A stretch of DNA of 64,000 nucleotides. It comes from Octopus sinensis. Taxonomy: Eukaryota. The stretch is taken from the NCBI RefSeq assembly GCF_006345805.1, contig NC_042999.1, forward strand, positions 124,682,001 through 124,746,000, given 5' to 3'. Below, one piece after another: positions 55,271 to 64,000 of the stretch; the first letter of the stretch is position 1; each line of letters begins with the position of its first letter. Under the pieces are notes generated by a model. The model saw nothing but the letters and a program-made list of their open reading frames with translations. It ran no database searches and was not told where the DNA came from. The translations under genes were made by a program, and so were the position numbers.

Positions 55271-57064
55271 TTAGCACAACTAATATCAGACTGCTTACAC
55301 AACTAAGCATGCACTACATACAAAACTATTCAGTATATATAATTAATTATAGACTATATACACAACTAATTATACATGGTACACCCAACTAATAATTGAT
55401 TATATATACAACAAATAAACTATGTACACAATTCATCATAGACTGTATGCACTAGTATTTATACACTGTGTATACTACTAATCATAGATTATACACAAAA
55501 TTTATCATACATTATACATACAATTAATCATTTTACTTCCCTTACTATACATAGTTGGGCTCCACCACATTCAGATACTACACAACAACAGTGATGCTAC
55601 TTGCAACCTATACCTGAGTAAGGGTTACAGAAATATTTCCATTGTAATATACTTAAAAATCAATTCATTATAATCTAAATCTCTTCAATATTAAGAAAGT
55701 TTTGCCAGACAAGTTTACAACATTACAAGGATAAATTACTTTAATTCGGCTGTTATTAATACTCTAGAATATATATTTATCTTATATTTTAGATGATAAA
55801 ATTCAGTATTATGATGTAATATGGCATTATGAAATGAGAGTCACAAGGATTTATCACTGACAGTTATAGCATATTACAAATGAACAGGAATATATCATAT
55901 TTTCATCTAGGCAAATACAAATATGAACTACCAAAATGTCCAACAATTCCAAAATTATGAGGATAATTCAAAATAAATAATGGTCATTGAGAAACTATAC
56001 ATTAGGTTTATGCAAGACATTTTATGATAGGAGAAATAGTAAAGTTATTCTAACCATCTAGATTATATTTAAAATTAGATTAGTACAAAACAAAAAAAAA
56101 ATTCATTTCAGAAACTGGTATACATCCATAAGATGGAGAACTTTGTGTATTTGTGTATTTTTTCATCTCCTTAAAAAGGTCTGTATTCAGGTTTAGTTAA
56201 AAACTAGCTAAAATACTCTGCCATTGGCCAAGAGTCCTTTGGGTTCTTATACTGCTCTATTGCTGACTTGTTTTGTCCACAGTATTTCAGATTTCTTCTG
56301 GATGTTTTTCATGATCTTGCATCATGTTGTTATGATTAATATTCTGATAAGGTTTTTAAAAATGTACAGTAGCAAATTTACTGCTACTAAATTGGAAAAT
56401 ATATAGCCTTTAGCAACACAATATTTTTAATATCATTCTCCTACCCCTCTCTCATGAACTGTGCTGCTTTTCATATCTTTTCATTTCACTATTCAGAAGA
56501 CAGGTCTTGCTAGTACCATGTTCTACAAATAACTGTTTATGTCCAGAGATAGAGACATACCTAGCAACACATACAATTTCATACTTAAACACAGGAAATA
56601 TCTGCAAATTGTTGATACATAGAAAATGTGTTTCATTCATATGCCATAGTTATTTTAGATTAGACCAATTTCTATGTTTCTATTAAATACATAAAGATAT
56701 TTTTAAAAAATACATAAAGGTATTTTTAAAAATCAAACAAAAATGTGTTGTTCACAGAGGTAACAAGAAATCTTTACCGAAATCATTTATACCTATAATG
56801 AGTTGCTGTTTCTTATTTCTTACATTAAAGTATTCAAGTATCTCAACCTTGCAACCATTTATAGCAATGTTGCAAGTGTCGTGGATTACTTTTGTTTATA
56901 AAATGAACTCAAAAACATTTGACTCGTTTTATGAACATCACAGTTCCAAATAATTAGTAGTTAACTCCAATTTCTGAAATATTAAATCTTTGAACTGGTT
57001 ATATGTGTTTCAGTTAAGTTGGAACATGTATAACGAAGACTTTGGAGGAAGGATTTAGTAAAAT

Positions 57065-57870
57065 TTCAGTTGTGATTGTGTGATAAGAAGTTTGCTTTCC
57101 AACCACATGGTACTGGGTTCAGTCCTGTTACATGGCACCTTGGGCAAGTGTCTTTTACTACAGCCCAGCATTAACCAAAACCTTTGAGTGGATATGGTAG
57201 GTGAAACCTGAAAGAAGCCCATCATATGTGTGTGTGTCTTTGTGTTTGTCTGCCACTACTGATTGACAACCAGTTTTGGTATGTTTACATCTCTGTAACT
57301 TAGAATAAGTGCCAGGCTTAAAAAAAAGAATAAGCACTGGGGTTGTTTCATTCAACTAAAATTCTTCTAGGTGATGCCCCAGCATGACCACAGTCTAATG
57401 ACTGAAACAAGTAAAAGATAAAAAATTAGCATATATTATGCTGGTTGTTGTTGACCAACTTGTGTTATTATCTGGGCCACAGTCATAGAAGCCGGTTACC
57501 CTTCAGATCATATCCCACCATCTTTAAAAGAAATGGACTTATTAAACATTGTAGTCCTTGATATACAAATAGAATAGACAGGATGGTCATGGTTGATATA
57601 CCTTTCATCATAGGTTTCTCTGGTCAGGACAAACTTCGGGCTAAATAATGGTTTTAAATTTTTGGCACAGGGCCAACAGTTTTTGAGGGGAGGCAGAAGC
57701 CAATTACATTGATCCTAATATTTGATTGGTACTTATTTTATCAACCTTGAGAAGATGAAAGGCAGAGTCAACCTTGGCAGAATTTGAACTCAGAACCTAA
57801 AGACAGATGAAATGCTGCTAAGTATTTTGTCTGGCATGCTAAGGGTTCTGCCAGCTCACTGCCCTTTACT
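57065..57870. mobile_element. SINE A (57065-57425, plus) and SINE B (57640-57870, minus)
   Basis: Family motifs as above. Confidence 0.75.
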
Positions 57871-58369
57871 TAGGGCTAAATAATATCACAGCAACAAAAC
57901 CATCTTTTTGTATCACAAATCAGACAAAATGCCTGGCAGTATTTATTGCAGCTCTTTTATAGTCTGAGCTTAAATCCTGATAGAATCAACTTTGCATTTA
58001 ACCATTCCTAGGTTGATAAAATAAAGCACTATTCAAGAACCAGAAATTTCTGGATTTGTGCCAAATTACTATTTATATCATCAACAAATTTCCATGATAA
58101 GGTATGTGATCAAGTGATTAGGGTGCTGTAATCACAATCATAAGATCACAGTTTCAATCTCTGGACAAGGTGATACATTGTGTTCTTGAGTAAAACACTT
58201 CATTTCATATTGCCCAAGTCTACTCAGCTGAAAATGAGTTCTAGAAATAGCTGGGGACCCTGCAACAGGCTGGTGTTATCATTCAGTGAGGGAGTGTTGT
58301 GATCTCAATCACTTATATGGCATGCAAACTGGGTTAAGCTCCATCCAACAGACATAAACAGTCTTCCAT

Positions 58370-59270
58370 AGAGATTTTGATTTAAATATAAAACTTTAAC
58401 AGTGCTACTCTGGGCAAGCTAACATTAAAGATGTTAAGAGGCTGAAAGAATGTTTTCTCCAAGTAATTTTTTCTGAGGTTCAACTCCTTACGCCTAAAGC
58501 TAGATTTAAATAAGATATGGTGAATAGCTTTTAAATTGACTGGAGAGATGGCATGAACATCAATGGTAAGCAACTAACACACCCCTGATTTGCAGATGAC
58601 ATTGTACACATCACTGAAACCATAGACCAGCTGCAGACCATGCTGACAGAGCTAGACACTCACAGCTTAGCAGAAGGCCTTAATTTGAACTGCATGGAAA
58701 CAAAATATATACTGTTGGAGGACATAGCAAAAAGGTCGATTAGAGGTGGGAAGTGATGACTTTGAGGAGGTAAAGGAATGTCTACTTAGGGTCCACAGTG
58801 AATATACATCAAGCTATAGATGCTGAAACTTTGAAGAGAATAAGGGTAGGATGGAAGGCATTTACTTCCATAAAAGATGTGCTCAAACAAAGATAGGCAA
58901 TAGCGCATACATGCCAGACTCTTCAATAACACATGGGTCACTACAAAGAGGACAGAACATCGATGGACTATGACACAGAGTACCTTGGAAAGGTCTATGC
59001 TAGGAAACTATTACAAGAGCTTATTTGAAATGAGATAATTCGAGAACAAAGCAGAGTAAACAATATGATCACACAACTTCCACTGTGTCAGACATGTTGC
59101 AAGACTCACAAGCAACAGTCACTGAGGGGTATCCAAGACATTGGAAAAGACTACTTTGAAGGCCCCCGCAACTATAGAAAGACAATTTAGTCAAGCAATT
59201 CTGGTCAAGATGGAAAATAATGGCACAATCAAGATAGAATTGTAAGTGCATTGTGACCAGTGGTGTACAA
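58370..59270 (+). mobile_element. RTE-clade LINE RT relic
   Basis: DWRDGMNINGKQLTH, FADDIVHITETIDQLQTML (from 58589), YLGS and KRIRVGWKAF. Confidence 0.75.
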
Positions 59271-59853
59271 TAATATTTGATGGTCTGGTCAAATTCAAAT
59301 GATATTAAAAGCCCTATTCAGATATACATTAAAATAGTCCAAAGTGGATTTGAACTCACAATACTTGAGCTGGTTGTTCAGTATATAATCTATTCAGACA
59401 TTTTGCATCTACTTCTTCAACTAAATTTTTAGTACAAAGACATTTAAATGAAAACTGGGTATGTAATCGACAAATCTATACTATACCACTGAGACATAGT
59501 ATTTTATCAATTATAATGGGATAAATGACAAAAACAAACAATCTGATTTGAAATTGGAACTCAATGAAATCAATACAGATGATACAAAACCTTTAGCCAA
59601 GCTCTCTACTGCTTATACCAACTCCACCACTTAAAAAAATAATAAGAAATACATATACATAAAAATAAACTTTCATAATACTTCTAACTAAAACAGTTCT
59701 TTTCCTATGAATTCATTAAAGTGTTTAGAATATTTTATAATGATAGCAGCTAGCAATACAACATGGAAAAACAATTACAATCCCATTTGCATTTTGTCTC
59801 TAAAAAATGGCATTGGTAATGACAGCCATGCTGTCTGTCTCTCTATCTATCTA

Positions 59854-59886
<33 letters not shown>

Positions 59887-59932
59887 GCAATTTCCTAGAT
59901 TTCTATAATGTATGTATGCTTGTGTATGTATG

Positions 59933-59998
<66 letters not shown>

Positions 59999-60066
59999 AT
60001 ATATCTATAAATATATATATTTAATTTGTGTAAGATATATCTTTTATAAACAAAGACTTTTAAGAT

Positions 60067-60137
<71 letters not shown>

Positions 60138-60229
60138 GTAGATAGGTAGGTAGATACATAGATAGATAGAGATCAATTGAGAACTAGACAGACATTCATT
60201 CATACATAGAGCGGTTGCTACTTCTATAG

Positions 60230-60333
60230 ATAATACCAGTGGTGATGGTGATGATGAGGAAGAAGAGGAGGACATCGACAAATGGACTGGCGACTCAGAT
60301 AATGAAGATGGCCTACTTCCGAAAATATCATAG
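60230..60333 (+). CDS. Candidate terminal coding exon (acidic C-terminus) of an unidentified host gene
   Basis: Acceptor tacttctatag at 60219-60229 (alternative at 60208-60209). Open frame DNTSGDGDDEEEEEDIDKWTGDSDNEDGLLPKIS*. GC/CpG-richer than the flanks and not a repeat family seen elsewhere here. Confidence 0.35.
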
Positions 60334-60419
60334 ACATAATGTCTAATGGTAGCTATATTTCTGGGTGTTTTTTTCTCTTCCCTCTTCCCTGTTATTTTGT
60401 TTTATTAATTCTGTTACAA

Positions 60420-62659
<2,240 letters not shown>

Positions 62660-63034
62660 GTGACGTATTTTTGCCATTTCAATATGGCTAACCCCTAAGG
62701 GTGGATGCTACTGTAGTTTTAGCCCCAGGAGGACACACTCCTCCAGCTGGCCATAGACACACTATCTGTGTCCTGTCAGTATTTGCAAAGAGAAGTCATC
62801 CTTCCCGTCTTCAACTTATGATACACACGGACTCGAGTTTCGAGGTATTGACCTCTCGTCAGCGTGTGACAATCATAGTTGTCGCCGAGAATTAGATCTC
62901 CTTCACAAATACTTATACTTTTTCCAGCGTCCACTGTCGCTGATATTGAAAAAGTGAAATCAAACAATGATAAATATCAAAGTGAGTTATATACAGTAGC
63001 GGTAACACATCGTGACGTATTTTTGCCATTTCAA
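62660..63034 (-). mobile_element. 352 bp retrozyme-like monomer (family H1) with 23 bp terminal redundancy
   Basis: gtgacgtatttttgccatttcaa at 62660-62682 and 63012-63034. Homologous to 2382-3104. Abuts (TA)n. Confidence 0.85.
62824..62868 (-). ncRNA. Canonical type I hammerhead ribozyme
   Basis: Minus strand: cacacg CUGACGA gaggu caau accuc GAAA C ucga G UC cgugug. All core nucleotides present, perfect stems I (6 bp) and II (5 bp), 2-bp stem III with palindromic UCGA loop. Predicted cleavage at 62830/62829. Confidence 0.9.
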
Positions 63035-63078
63035 ATACTCTAAATCTATGTATTGAGTTCTGAATTTATATATATATA

Positions 63079-63136
<58 letters not shown>

Positions 63137-63167
63137 TTCAGAACTCAATACATAGATTTAGAGTATT
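63034..63167. repeat. ~33 bp inverted repeat bracketing a (TA)n tract
   Basis: aatactctaaatctatgtattgagttctgaa (63034-63064) and its exact reverse complement at 63137-63167. Confidence 0.88.
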
Positions 63168-63443
63168 CTTCAATATATTATAAATAAAAATCTCATAATT
63201 CCAGTACTCCAAGTTACAGTTCACCAATCATTCAGCTGGTAACCTACACCTATTTTCCTTTCAAATACCTGTTGTGTCAATCTATTTTGAAATGTTATAT
63301 GAAAGTTACCTGTCTTTCAATTAAGGGATACATATTCCACATGTGTTTGAAGGACAAAACCAAAGGACAACACACTGACAGAAGGAGTTATAGCAATATC
63401 CCTTTTTGCAGCTGAGCCAATTTTTGGAGAAGTGCAAATGTTA

Positions 63444-63474
<31 letters not shown>

Positions 63475-63739
63475 TATAAACAGATCTTCAACATCAGTGG
63501 TTCTCAACTGGGGTTCCATATAAGATTTTCTTGTTAAAATTTATCAGCACCAAAATTGGTTCTACTTCTATAATATTTAACTATTGTCTGCAAAGTTTGT
63601 GCCGATTTATAGTAGCTTACCTTTCAACTTATTTTAGAACATGGTTGAGTCTATAAAATAGGATTTGATTACACCTCCACTTAGAGCATAGTTTAAGCTA
63701 TCTTTTCATGGAAGAAGATTTATGTTCCTATAACCTGTG

Positions 63740-63810
63740 TTAATTCTGTAACCCTTTAAAATGGAAGATAAGAAAGTTCATATTCGGCAATTGATGCTTT
63801 GGGAACCAGG
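63740..63810 (+). mobile_element. Mariner transposase N-terminal fragment
   Basis: MEDKKVHIRQLMLWE resembles the start of mariner transposases; the homology then breaks off. Confidence 0.45.
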
Positions 63811-64000
63811 CAAAAATTACTGCAGCTCGGCTGGGATGTGTTACTCCACCCTCTATATTCACCAGATATTGCTCCTTCGGATTTCTACAGACATCAGAGA
63901 GAATTACCCTATCAGATCATATAGCAAAGCCCAGATATTTTGCTGGGTGTTTTTGTTCAGGTTCTTACCATTAACACTGATATTTCCACCCATCTGAAGC

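Noticed and set aside
56450-56640. Possible minus-strand micro-exon (IFPVFKYEIVCVAR, gtatgt donor)
   Set aside because: Isolated, with no partner exons or recognisable homology.

Overview
AT-rich, microsatellite-saturated eukaryotic DNA. Its SINE families and (TA)n/(CA)n/(AAT)n/(GAT)n load look like a coleoid cephalopod, Octopus-like (inference, not verified). No host gene can be identified with confidence; there is only a candidate acidic terminal exon near 60.3 kb and a CpG-retaining, repeat-free island near 49.5 kb. Most long ORFs in the track are microsatellite artefacts. The recognisable coding sequence is all transposon relics: two Penelope-like elements (PLEs; RT + GIY-YIG), a mariner, a maT/Tc1-like element, and RTE, Tx1/L1 and R4/Dong-like LINE pieces, plus piggyBac- and hAT-type MITEs and several tRNA-derived SINE families. 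The main finding is a set of about a dozen type I hammerhead ribozyme (HHR) motifs in at least five unrelated short repeat families. They include (i) a 352-359 bp retrozyme-like family with a fully canonical HHR at 62824-62868 and a tandem dimer at 2382-3104 showing stem covariation; (ii) a 362 bp unit at 24793-25240 with two HHR motifs carrying the compensatory U3-A8 core; (iii) a U3-A8 HHR in the 3' UTR of a fairly young PLE; and (iv) fold-back pLTR-like relics. Most of these elements end 3' directly against a (TA)n tract. Together this suggests a PLE-driven, TA-microsatellite-targeting retrozyme/circRNA system. PLE hammerheads and retrozymes are known in general; whether these particular families are described needs a database check. 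All folds were read by eye.
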